From: Blastocladiella emersonii ATCC 22665
Lineage: Eukaryota; Fungi; Blastocladiomycota
DNA length: 64,000 bases
Assembly (NCBI GenBank): GCA_025594325.1
Contig: JANHCV010000011.1
Coordinates: 124,001-188,000, forward strand
Direction: 5' to 3'
Shown here in pieces: positions 11,139-21,699 of the stretch (its first letter is position 1; each line of letters begins with the position of its first letter). A model generated the notes under the pieces. That model searched no databases, was not told where the DNA came from, and saw nothing but the letters and a program-made list of their open reading frames with translations. A program made the translations under genes and the position numbers.

Positions 11139-12270
11139 ATGCACTTGCTCCAGGACTGCATCGAGCACATCGCCAAGGCCTGCGCCGGGTACGAGCCAGA
11201 CCCTCCTTGCGCCGTCGTGTGCGCGCCACCTCGCCACCTCGTTACCTCGCACGAACGCCACCCACTGCTGCATCGCGCCGCGCCGCTGACGACGGCACCG
11301 GTCTGCCCTCACTGACGCCTCTCTCGTGCTCCCGCTGTCCAGGTCCCGCCGCGGCTGATACTGCCCGCCCAAGCCGGCCGACGCCACCCTTCGCCCCCTG
11401 GACGCTCTGAACCTCGCTGGCGTCGGCGACGTGGACGCTCTCGTCGATCCTGCCGTCCTACCCTTCCTCGGGCTCGAGACGGCCTGCGGTCGCATGCTCA
11501 TGGCGCCGCGTATTGTCGCCGCCATCGAGATCCCGCACAACGTGGCGCGCGCGCGGCGACGGCGCCCAGCAATCGCAAGTCCGAGGTGCTGCTCAACCTC
11601 ACGTTCGACTGGAACCGCAGGGCAACAACGTATGTTTGCGATCGTCCGCTTTGGGCTGCTTCCCGACCAGCGATCTGACCCGGACCGCCCCGCCTATAGA
11701 ACCTACGCCCGCGGCATCGTCAAGCTGATTGCCCATGGCACCCGCTCGCGCACCCTAGGCGACCTGTCCCCCTCCCCAAGTTGTGCGTGTGTTTTCGCGT
11801 GTCTGGTCGCCCACGCTAACGCCACCGCTGGCCGACGTAGCAAAGCTGCCCGGGCCGCACCTGTTTGCCATCGTGGATTGACTCGCACCTGATCGCACGC
11901 TCGTCGACATGGTGTACTTCATTGAGCTGGTACGCGTCGCGCACAATCCTGACTCGCTTCGTAGCTCACGCCCCAACGTGTCTGTGTAGTTTGCTCCCGT
12001 GGTCCAGTCGTACGTGCAGGGGTCGGCGGCGCCCATCGTGGATGTCGACATGTTCCGCCGCAGCTACTTCCACTCGCTGGTCGCGAGCATCGAGCGTCGC
12101 CGGGCCGCTCAGCCGTTTGTCCGCATGACACGGAGGAGGTCGTGCGCCGGTCGTTCACCAAGTCCACTGCCGCTGCCGCTGCCGCTGCGACCGCAGCCTC
12201 GGCGGCGGGTGCCCGAGGCGCGAGTCCGTACGGAGTAGCGCTGGATAGCGACGACGACGACGACGCGTAG
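11139..12270 (+). pseudogene. Multi-exon gene remnant inside E1
   Basis: ATG at 11139. Introns at 11189-11342, 11630-11699, one ending at 11840, and 11930-11989, with CTRAC branch sites. The spliced frame reads MHLLQDCIEHIAKACAGSRRG*YCPP...EVLLNLTFDW...YARGIVKLIAHG...KLPGPHLFAIVD*LAP...FRRSYFHSLV. It has two in-frame TGA stops and frameshifts. Confidence 0.7.
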
Positions 12271-14349
12271 ATTTGATGCACAATACAGATCTGTTTCTCA
12301 CCCATCGAACTCTCCCGTTGTGTGCTGAGATCTCTGGCTTGACAAAGATCGCTTGAAAATCTCACAGATCCCCTCAGCGGCGGGGAATCTACGTTCGTTG
12401 CAAAGATCTATCTGCCCTGACGGAGTCGAGCTCGGCTGGACGGGAGGGATAGATCTATGGTGAGATCTATAGAAAACATAGGTTTGCAGTGGATTTCTAC
12501 CTAGATCTTCCCCAGCTATTTTGGCCCCCGAAACCCTAAGATCTATGAGAGATCTAGCTAGATCTCTTTGAGATCTTAACCCCCAATTTCCCGATGTGCA
12601 GCACCGCAGCGCCGCATCTGCAGCGCCGGCCGCTGCTGGAACAGCTCCTGTCGCTCCGCAAGGCGGGCAGTCGCCGCTCGTCGGCGCGTCAACCACGTCA
12701 GACGCTGCTGCCGAGTCGCAGATCGGCGTCGATCCCAAAAACGTTGTTGAGGACGGTCCAGAAGCGCCAGAAGTACCCGCCGCCGACGTTTGGCGCGGTA
12801 CCTTCGCCGCGAGATCAACGGAATCTGCAGCGAAGCGCAAGCGGTTCCTCGTCATGAAGGCTGCAGACTCGCTCAACAACTTTGACCACGCGACTCGCGG
12901 CAAGGAGTGGACGGAGACGGAGCAGCGCACCAAGCACACGCCGGCGTACGCGAGCCTCGCGCAGGTTTCGCTCAAGTTCAACCTGAACAAGGAGCAGCAC
13001 CGCGCGTTCGTGCTCTTCCTCATGCCGCTCATCGCCACGTTCATTGGCGGCGACAGCGGTGTCGCCGAGGCCGCCGCGTCATTGGATCCAGGCGCCCTCG
13101 CGTCGGGCCGCGACCGGCCAAACGCACCAGCTCTCGCCTCGCTTCCGCCCATGAGCAAGGATCGCTCGCCAATCATTCTCACAGGCTCAGGCGGCACGGG
13201 CGGCACGGGCAAGTCGCGCGTCATTGACGCGATCCGGTACTTTCTCGCGTCCTGGAACCGCGAAAAGTGCATGATGGTCATGGCCATGACGGGCATCGCT
13301 GCCGCCAACATTGTTGGTACCACCATCCACGCTGCGTTCCGGCTCTCGCTCAAGGGGGAGAGTCTCAGCCCCAACATCAAGCGCATCCGCACCGACTCTG
13401 CTGGCGCCAGCGCGTGGCAAGGACGTCACGCCGTGATCATCGACGAGTTCTCCATGTGCAACGCGCAGCTGCTCGGACGGGTCGATGCGAGCCTTTGCAA
13501 CCTGCGTCGGTGCGACAAGCCGTTTGGCGGCTGCATCATCATGCTCGCCGGCGACCATTTGCAGCTTCCACCAGTGAACGGCACGGCGCTGTTCCAGCTA
13601 CCCGAGGTGCTCAACAATGCGCCAGACTCGTTCTTCGAGCGGCTGCTCGCGTATGACACCACGGGCGCGAAAAAAAAGCACTCAGGCCAGCTCATGTACT
13701 GGCGCGCCCAACGTGTTGTTCGACTCGTGCGCAGCAACCGGTTCGTCAACGACCCATCATGGGGCAGGTGCATCGGAAATCGCGGATCACAAATTGTGCG
13801 GCCAGCTGCAAATTTGCACTCAATTCTTGGGCCGGGTCGGGTGAGGGTCGAAATCGCATATCAGGATTTCTGGTGAATGCGATACATGAGCGTGATGGGT
13901 GAGGTCAGGGGGATTTTTTGCTGGTGGTCGTGGTGGTTATAGTCGCCCTTGAAGTAAGTTGGACTTTTCATCACAACGGCTCAGTCGATTGCGCTGTACT
14001 CGAAGGTGATGGACTGACCGTGCTAAGAGCTACAAAAGAGATAATTAAGCGTTGGGGTGGTTGGAAGCCGGGTGTCAAGACAAAAATGGCGATCGGATTC
14101 TCAACGCTAACACACCGCCAGGGTTGATTCAAGAAGCTAACCTCGAAAGTCGTTCCTGCGCAACGGAGTGAAGGATGTGACTCGCGCAAATATATTTAGC
14201 GCTCAGAGGAGCACGGAAACGATAGACACAGTTTGAATTCATGGGGTCGCAAATCGAGTACAGCATCCAATCCAGAGGGTAAACAGGCTTTCTCCTTGCG
14301 GCAAACTGGTCAACTACCTCTACCTCGGTAGATAAACTTGGTTTCCTGG

Positions 14350-14976
14350 CCGGGATTGCAGTTTAAAGAGGTCGAAACCTATGTTCGCCTGAAGGGGTTT
14401 GCGGCACGCATGCTGTTGCGGATTGCGCTCGCGGATCGAGCTTATTAGGTGGACGCCTACCGGCGCGGCAGGCCAAGCGGCCAAAAAAAGTTGATTTTCT
14501 TCAATTGTTTGTACGTGGCCGCATACTGGCCCGATTCGTACAAGTTGACGAGAGCGAGCGAGTGAAGGACCGCTTCCGCTAGCACGAATGGACAACAATT
14601 GCCAGCCTCGAGTAAAGCTGGTGAGCCCTGGTACTTAGCTTGCTCACAATTCAGCGCTTCAGCGAGAGCGCGCGGGACGGTCGCCCAACCAGTGAAGCAC
14701 GTCCACGGCGCTGAACCGGCACGTTGCAAATCTTTCCAGACCTGAATGAGGTGCATGCGATCCAGTCGGTGCGATTGAGCGCCTGGAACGCATCAAAGTC
14801 CACTTCAGAGAGTTGCGAATGGTGCTATTCCTTTGCTTGAACACAGGGTCGCGGAACGGCCATGCTCGAGCTGCCTCTGACGCTGGTAGAACATGTAACA
14901 CCCCGTGATCGAGCTTCACTATCTGCCACGCGACGATTTTAGAGTTGAAACGCGACGTGAACGTTTCCAGCTTCAT
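14350..14976 (-). pseudogene. Frameshifted gene remnant inside E2, unknown family
   Basis: Overlapping ORFs 14659..14976 and 14457..14756 join into one protein-like sequence, and an independent homolog lies at 2340-2815. Confidence 0.58.
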
Positions 14977-16111
14977 GGTAGAGTCATGGATCAGTAGGCG
15001 ACATTCTGTTCGTCACTCAAGGGCGGGTCTCCGACTTGGCGAGCGGCCCTATCAACTAGCTGAAGCTACCGGCGGTCAAATCCAAAGCGGACATGACTTC
15101 TTCTGATGCGCTGGGAGGGACAGGCGCGGCTCGTCAGCGGCTGGCGGTGCCTGTGCTACGGGTTCAGCGCGGCGCTCGAATCACGCAAGTAGACATAAAC
15201 TAGGCGCAATTTGGAAGAAATCCATGGGTTGAATACATTGCATCAACTGGCAACTACAGCATGCGTAAAACATGCACGGAAGGTGGATGGAGCAAATCAG
15301 CGAGCTGTGGCGAGCGTGTAAACTCCACCGTCCGACGCCACCGCAGGGTCACGTTGGCCGCGTCCGTTCACGCTTGGCCTGCGAGCTCGTTCAGGCGCAA
15401 GGTCCCCTTCAATCCGCGATGAATGACCTTTGCGGCTCGCTTGAGAACCTCGCGTCAGCTGCGGTACGATCCGGCCGCTGCGATGTGCTTGGTACTCGCT
15501 CTCGTGCGGCTGAGTCCAGCCGCATCCGTAACATCCGGCTGTCGTCGCGCAGGCAAGAGAGCCGAAGGCATGAGCTCGCTCTTAGTATGTTCGTACGACC
15601 GTTACACGGTTATCAGACCCGGCTCGCTTCTCGGCCCCAGTTCACGAAGGAAACGGTGGGTGCTCGCTGTGGACACGAATGCGTGGAATGGGACGGCGAG
15701 CTGCGACCCCAGCAACTGTCATGACAAGGGTCTCGTCGCTTCCAAAGCCTAACCAACATCTAAGCTTTGATCGACTCGAGAACAAAGGGGGGTAACCGCG
15801 CGGCCGCGTCACGACCCCGAACTCGCCATGCTTGCCCAATTCCTCTCTCCTCCCCTCGCAGTCCTGCTTTTAAGTGCAGCTTGTCGTTTTTTTTTTAACC
15901 GCGCGTTTCAAGGATAGCGAAACTGAGCGAGAGTCGTGGCACGGCGGGTTGCGAGACGGGGTGCGAGACGCGTCGCGAAAACACGTGTGCGGTCACCCGC
16001 ACGTGACACAGCTTGGCTTGGACTTTGCCGCGAGCGCGCGTCGGGGAAGCGAGTGACTCTTCGCCACGCCGCGGTCGGTCCCCGCTCTCTCGCTCATCAC
16101 CACTCGCTGCA

Positions 16112-17206
16112 ATGTATCACCCGTCCACCAAAGAAGCACACTACGATCTCGACGCGCGGCAACCACGCGGCCACCGTCAACAGGTACGCGTCACATCCCG
16201 CTGCCGCGCCCGCCGCCGCGCGCTTGGCTCCCATCGCGCCGACCGTCGTGTTGCGCTCCCGTGGCGGTGCGCCCGGTGTGGTGCCCTTCACACTCTGCTC
16301 TGGCGCGTCGACGACGCGCTGTGAGACCAGCGGTGTCGTCGCTGCCGCGCGTGCGCACCGTCGTACGCGGGCTCCGCCGCGCTCGTTCCTCGGGCGCAGC
16401 ACGGCGCAGCGCAAGGGGACCCCACCGGGCTACCAGCCGCGTGCGCGCTCGTCAAAGGTGCTGACACCTGTGCGGTGCCCATGTAGCCGCCGGCGCGCGT
16501 CCGCCACCAGGGACTCAACATTTGGCGACTCATGGACCTGAGACCATCGAGCCAGCCTCGCTCGCGACGGTACGCCGTCTCCGCGTGTCTCATGCACTCA
16601 CGCTGCACGCTCGCGCCAGTAGCGCCGACAGGCTCGCTCAAGCGGTTCGACCGCGGCCACCGCGTGCGTCAAGTCCCAGTCGCAGGTACGCTTGACACTT
16701 CTCGTCGCTGCGCAAGAGTTGGCGCGCGACTGACATGCTCGCTCGCATTGCTCCTCGTAGCCCCTCGTGATCCACTGGTCTCTCGCTACACTATCGACCC
16801 GCCGCCTCTCAACGGATGAACAACTGGCGCGCAGCATCCGCAAGCTGTACGGCGCCGTATTCGAGGCGACTCGGTACGCCCTCGTCACACGCCGCTCGAG
16901 GCGCAGCGCGACTCACATGAGCTCTCGGACCTTTCTTGCTTGTAGCAGCGATCTCTGACGACCATCTCGCCCGGCCGGTTTCTGTACTCGGGGTCGTGGC
17001 GCGACCTGACCGTGGATCGCAGCAAGTGCGACGCGCACGCGGTTTGGGTCACGGTCGGCGGCTTCGAGTGCGGAGACCTGGTGCTGGCGACGGCGTCTGC
17101 TCTCCGCTCGGGTACCTGCTTGTCGTGCATCGTCGTCGCGCATGGGCCGGGATTCCGACTCGCATGCCGCGCGACCCGCAGCGGTGGCGACCTGACCTGT
17201 ATCTGA
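16112..17206 (+). pseudogene. Multi-exon gene remnant inside E2
   Basis: GTACGC...TAG introns at 16570-16622, 16686-16760 and 16874-16945. Exons join as PETIEPASLAT|RRQAR...CVKSQSQ|PLVIHWSL. The last exon needs a frameshift. The start position is approximate. Confidence 0.55.
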
Positions 17207-17487
17207 GATCTCCCTGTACGCAATACACTCGCAAATTTGCACCAAAACGCAGTCCCCATCTTGAGAATATGCCATCAATTCGTGCACCAACCGGGTTGCT
17301 CGCCTCACCAATTGGCCATCAAATCTGCCATCAAGTCGCAACAGATTGAACGGCAATTGGTTGCAAATTTGCTGTCCTAGCCGAACCGCGGGCCGCCGCT
17401 CAATTTGGTGCAAATTTGCTCAGGTTTAAAATTTGCCTCCAAACCATGTAAATTGGCCGCAAATTCGCAAGGCCCGGATTTGCGATG

Positions 17488-17535
17488 TGTCTTGACGCGT
17501 TCCGCCATGGGGCAGGTGTCTCAACGCGTTCCGCC
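17488..17535 (+). repeat. 29-bp tandem duplication of the Helitron target spanning the E2 insertion site
   Basis: Copy 1 is ATGGGGCAGGTG[E2]TGTCTTGACGCGTTCCGCC. Copy 2 is intact at 17507-17535: ATGGGGCAGGTGTCTCAACGCGTTCCGCC. Confidence 0.85.
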
Positions 17536-19474
17536 TTGACAAGGCCCCCGACGAGCTGCGCCGCCTGCTCGACTTGCGCACGACCGCTCGCCTGCGCCAG
17601 TCGAGCGACGACAAGGGCAACAACGCGCTCAAGAAGATCCTCCAGACGTGCCGGCTCACAGTCATTGCGCCTGACAACTACACGCGTCACACCTTCAACC
17701 TGCTGTACACGCGGCTCGCCGCTGCGGACCCAGAACGCGTCGTGTTTCAGATCAAGGCCAGCATCACGCGCAAGAAGGAGCGAAACGGCGCAACCGTCCG
17801 CCTCCCAATTGGCGAAAGGGACCTGTTCCGTCTTGCCAAGGAGCCCGACTCGATCACTTGTTTGCCAACCATCCTCAAGGCCTTTGTCGGCATGGAAGTG
17901 CGCGTCAAGGTCAACCAGTGCGTCAAGAAGGGGTGCGCGAATGGCGCTATTGGCGTCGTGCACCACATTGACTGGTTTCCGGGCACGACGTTTACTGAGA
18001 CCGGCTCGCGCATGTACTGCCCATCGCGGGAGCCACATACTGTGTGAATCGACCTGCCCAACGCGCCGCCTGGCCCTCGGTTTCCTGGCATGCCGGCCAA
18101 TTGGCCAGACACGGTCATCCCGCTTGCCATGCACTTGGACGACTTTCTCTACAAGGAGGGCGGTATGACGTCGCGCGAGCGAACCAAACTCAAGAAACCC
18201 GAGTCCGGCGCACTGTGCGCCAGGATGGTCAAGAACTTTGATACTCACAAGCAGTACAAGGACCACGAAAAGGTCAAGATCAAGCAGTTCCCAATTGTGC
18301 CCGCCTTTGTGACAACGGCGCACGGGGTCCAAGGCGTGACCAAGAACGCCATCATCTTGACGGATCCGTCCCCAGCTGGCTCGTCTGGATCAATCAACAG
18401 GTCGTTGCTGTACGTTGCGCTCTCGCGGCTCCGCAAGAGCGCGTTCCTGTGGGTTCTCCATCCGATCCCGGACAGCGTGTATGACGCCATGGTCTCTGAT
18501 CCGCGGGCCGTGGCCGAAGACTTGCGGCTCCAGGCGCTAGACGTGTTGACTGAGGGCGCGTTCGCTCACAGACAAACTGTTGCGCACAACCACCCCCGAA
18601 TCGCGGAGCTCTTTTGCCACGCGATGCAAGAGCACCGCCAGATCAAGAGCGACAAGGAGGACGAGAAGAAGGCGCGTGCGCGAGAACGGTCCAGGAGGTA
18701 TCGCGAGCAGAAGCGCGCCACAGAATTGCTTCAGGAGCAGCGGAGCAAACGGCCTTGGAACATTTAGTGTACATCATATCATTCATTTTATTCAAAACAA
18801 TGTCAGTGCGTGATGGGGAGAGAGATGCGACTCTGTAGTGGCAAGCAACGTTCAGCGGTCCAAAAACTCCCACGTCAGCGTCATTCCAACGTTGCAGAGG
18901 GCTTCAGTTGAAGCGTACTCGGCTGGGAGGAAGCTCAGCACAATGGACGTGCGATCTTGGCGGAGAAGAGGTTCACTAGAGGGGACGGTGAGGAGGTTCA
19001 CGAGAGGACAACAGGCTGTATGTGGTGGCTAATACTAGCAACTGGTCAAAGGAACAAGAGAGAGAGGGGATGCGGGGGCGCGTCGTCCAATGTGAGCGGG
19101 CCGACGCGTCGCTCGGTGAGGTGAGGCGGTCCGCGGCGATGATAAAGGAGATCGGCGCGGTGCGCGTGACGCGCGTGACGCGGGCGGGGTCGCACGCGTC
19201 CGGTGACTGTGGCGCAACGCGGTCACGTGTACTTGAACTGCTTCAGCCCTCGATTGAAGACCAGACGCGAAGCGTCTAGGTGGTTCAAGTAAAATTGACG
19301 CGTCGCGCAGCGGTGACGAGGAGGGGGAACGCGTCCGAGTGGCGTCGCGTGACGCGGTGGGAAACGCGTCGCGTGGGACGTGGCTTGACTTGAAACATCT
19401 CGCACTGAGCCACGCGGCACGACCATTCACCACACCGCGCGTGCCGCTGTGACTCGACCTTCATGGTGCGGAAA

Positions 19475-19990
19475 TGCTGCGCGCCCTCGAGGTGGTGCCG
19501 CCACACCTTGAACGCGACCTTGATGGCGAGCAGCTCCTTATCAAGCACTGGGTAGTTGAGTTCCGCCGCCTTGAGCGAGCGCGAGTGAAACGCGACCGGC
19601 TGCAGCTCGCCCGCGTTGTCGCGCTGTGCCAGCACGTACCCAATGGCGAAGTTGGACGCGTCCGTCTCGACCACGAACAGCTTGTTAGGGTCCACGTGCA
19701 CCAGCACCCCACCCGTGGCGAACTGCAACTTGATGGCCTCAAACGCTGCCGCCTCTGACTCGCCCCACCGCCACGCCATGTCCTTCTGCGTGAGCCGCGT
19801 GAGCGGCAGCGCCCGCTTTGAAAAGTCGGGGATGAAGTTGCAGTAGTAGTTGGCAAGGCCAAGGAACAACTGCACCTGCTTGACCATCCGCGGCGCGGGC
19901 CACTCTGTCATGGCGCGCACCTTCCCCGGATCCATCCCAACGCCCAATGTGCTGACCACGTGCCCAAGGTACTCGCCCGTGGCGCGTCTG
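19475..19990 (-). mobile_element. Ty3/gypsy reverse transcriptase C-terminus and RNase H
   Basis: MDPGKVRAMTEWPAP...FLGLANYY..FIPDFSKRALPL...VETDASNFAIGYVL...VAFHSRSL...NYPVLDKELLAI...WRHHLEGA. Confidence 0.93.
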
Positions 19991-20860
19991 CACAGACGCG
20001 GCGCCAGCCAACCTTGGTGATGGAGGTATCAATATCATGTCGCACGCTATTGCGTGTGTGTGTGCGCGCAGGGCAGTGCAGCGCCAATGTTGAGGCTGCG
20101 GTGGAGGTTGTAGCGCCACAGCATGAGCGCAGGCGGGGACCACGCTGCGCAGGACCCGGACCGTTGTAGGGACGGGCGACAAGGACGTTGTGGCGCTGCA
20201 ATGCGCGGGTACAGGGATTACTTGGGCTCATGAGGGTGGCAAGCTGGTCTTGGAGCGGGTGCACAAGGTGCGCGCAGCTGATAGCGGCAGGCGGCCAGCG
20301 AGGTAGCAGGGACGTGCTGGGGACCAGGAGAGTTGAGGCTGAGAACGTGGAGGACAGGGAGTGGGAGGCCGGGGGGCGAAACGCAAGGAACCTGAGCAAG
20401 AGGAACGTGGGCAGCCAGCGATGATGCAGGCCAGGTGGTAGTGACGGCGACAGTGCGCAGCCAACAACAGGGTGGCGGGGGAGGTACACGGCTGGAACTT
20501 GAGCAGGCGCGCAAGCGTGACGGAGTGCTGGCGGCCATGGAACGCGAGCGCAAGCGCAAGCGGCGACGACGGGGGTGGTGGTGGGAGGTACACGGCTGGA
20601 ACTTGAGCAGGCGTGCAAGCGTGACGGAGTGCTGGCGGCCATGGAGCGCAAGCGCAAGTGCAAGCGGTGCCGCGTACGCAGCAGCGAGCGAGAGCGACCG
20701 CGGATGGCCTGGCGATCGTCACAAGGGTCGTTGCAGAGGCCGCGGGCATGGTGGTCGCGGTTGTTGCAGTTGTTGCAGTCGCCAGGCCCAGCGAGGTGCG
20801 CCTGTGGGGTGGGGCGGGGCGGTTGTTGCGGCCAGACCATTAGGAGGGCCACACGCGTAA
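19991..20860 (-). mobile_element. Degenerate gag region with a zinc-knuckle relic and a 104-bp-period tandem duplication (about 20479-20667)
   Basis: CNNCNNRDHHARGLC (CCHC-like). GGGAGGTACACGGCTGGAACTTGAGCAGG... starts at both 20479 and 20583. Confidence 0.5.
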
Positions 20861-20929
20861 GTTAACACTCAGCCTTCCGTGCATCGTGCTCAACCTTCCT
20901 CTCACACCCTGCACCTGTACGCTTCAACT

Positions 20930-20941
20930 GGTTATGAGCCC
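20930..20941 (+). other. Possible Ty1/copia-type primer-binding-site motif
   Basis: GGTTATGAGCCC resembles the copia-type PBS (GGTTATGGGCCC). No copia coding sequence follows. Confidence 0.25.
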
Positions 20942-21042
20942 TGCTCGCCCTTGAAGCTCGATGTACCTACGTACAGCCTCCGCTTTCTCCAAGTCGCTTC
21001 CACACCTCTCTGCCGCCGCGTGGTCACTGCACCCGCGCCCGC

Positions 21043-21197
21043 TGTGCTGACGTGGGCCGCGGGGAGGGCCAAATACACAATGACTAGCAAACGAGGATGT
21101 ATGTGATTGAACAGCAGGGAGCGAGAACAGAGTGCGAGCGAGCGGCGGCTCGACAATCCAAGACGTCATGGCGCACGTGCCGAACGCGCATGTGACA
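21043..21197 (-). mobile_element. 5' LTR of the Ty3/gypsy chromovirus
   Basis: Same orientation as 3565-3716, TGT...GTGACA ends, 14 substitutions in about 136 aligned bp. No matching outer TSD (TGCGC vs CCCAT). Confidence 0.78.
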
Positions 21198-21699
21198 CCC
21201 ATCAAGAGCACTATCTCTGAAGCGTGACTGGCCGCGTTTGTGCGCGCGGGAGCGCAACTTGCTCCAAGAGTAGTCGCTACATGTTGTGGAAAGGTGACCC
21301 GTTTGGCGATCTTCAGCTTGCACCGCCATGTCCGTAGTCGACGCGATCACGCTTGAGAGCAGGAAGGCGCCCGAACGGAGTGAGTGGTGGAGGTACTGGC
21401 AATGATCAGCACGGGACGCGTTTCAGCCACACCCAAGCGGTGTCCGCCACGTCCCACGTCCCACGCGGACGGCGGACGGCCAGCGGACGGCGGACGGCCA
21501 GCGGACGGCCGACCTTCGCTGTATGCACTCCCGCCCCGTCCGCCCCAACCCCTGCCTTGAGTATTCTTCTCCTCCCGCGCCGCCGACTACCTGCAACCGC
21601 TGATCGACCTACTGTCAAGCTCACCCAGCAAATCTCCGCGCACACGCATCATTCAAACCCGCACGGCCACCAGCTGCCTGCCGATCCGCGCGCACCACC

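Larger units (their letters stand above)
10111..12596. mobile_element. TIR element E1 (2486 bp), CATC...GATG ends, TG target duplication
   Basis: The left end CATCGGGAAATGGGGGGTCA matches the reverse complement of the right end, CATCGGGAAATTGGGGGTTA (18/20). TG at 10109-10110 and 12597-12598. AGATCT-type arrays at about 10140-10310 and 12270-12580. It interrupts the Helitron frame. Confidence 0.88.
10066..12620 (+). repeat. Triplicated 22-mer GCAGCACCGCAGCGCCGCATCT around element E1
   Basis: Exact copies at 10066-10087, 10088-10109 and 12598-12619. Only a single copy gives an in-frame join (LAQHRSAASAAPA). Confidence 0.9.
13771..17487. mobile_element. TIR element E2 (3717 bp), CATC...GATG ends, TG target duplication
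   Basis: CATCGGAAATC vs right-end reverse complement CATCGCAAATC (10/11), plus a shared TGCGGCCA just inside. TG at 13769-13770 and 17488-17489. GCAAATTTGC/CAATTG arrays at about 13790-13830 and 17230-17480. It splits helicase motif DPSWGRC|LNAFRL. Confidence 0.8.
8965..18767 (+). mobile_element. Helitron (Helitron2/Helentron-like) Rep-linker/Pif1 helicase pseudogene in three pieces: 8965-10110, 12597-13770, 17488-18767
   Basis: Linker motifs FSHKFAPLLLY, DYVFRPPKLENLSWYEF, HPLAKTH, YSRMALLLLRHFR. Pif1 motifs TGSGGTGGTGKS, VIIDEFSM, PFGGCIIMLAGDHLQLPPV, RLVRSNRFVNDPSWGRC|LNAFRL, NGAIGVV, QFPIVPAFVTTAHGVQG, LYVALSR. Frameshift at about 9918 and in-frame TGA at 18045-18047. The HUH Rep core is not visible. 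Confidence 0.88.

Noticed and set aside
10140-12580. CRISPR-like or satellite reading of the AGATCT, CAAATTTG and TCGA repeat clusters
   Set aside because: The repeats are short, irregularly spaced and confined to TIR element ends. There are no constant-length spacers or cas genes, and the context is eukaryotic.
13918-14127. EIIKRWGGWKPG, reminiscent of a tyrosine-recombinase C-terminal motif
   Set aside because: No upstream H..R motif or other catalytic residues, and the ORF is only 69 aa. Likely chance.
18770-19060. 3' end of the large Helitron at CTAG near 19037
   Set aside because: No convincing upstream hairpin and it is followed by C, not T. The termini remain unresolved.
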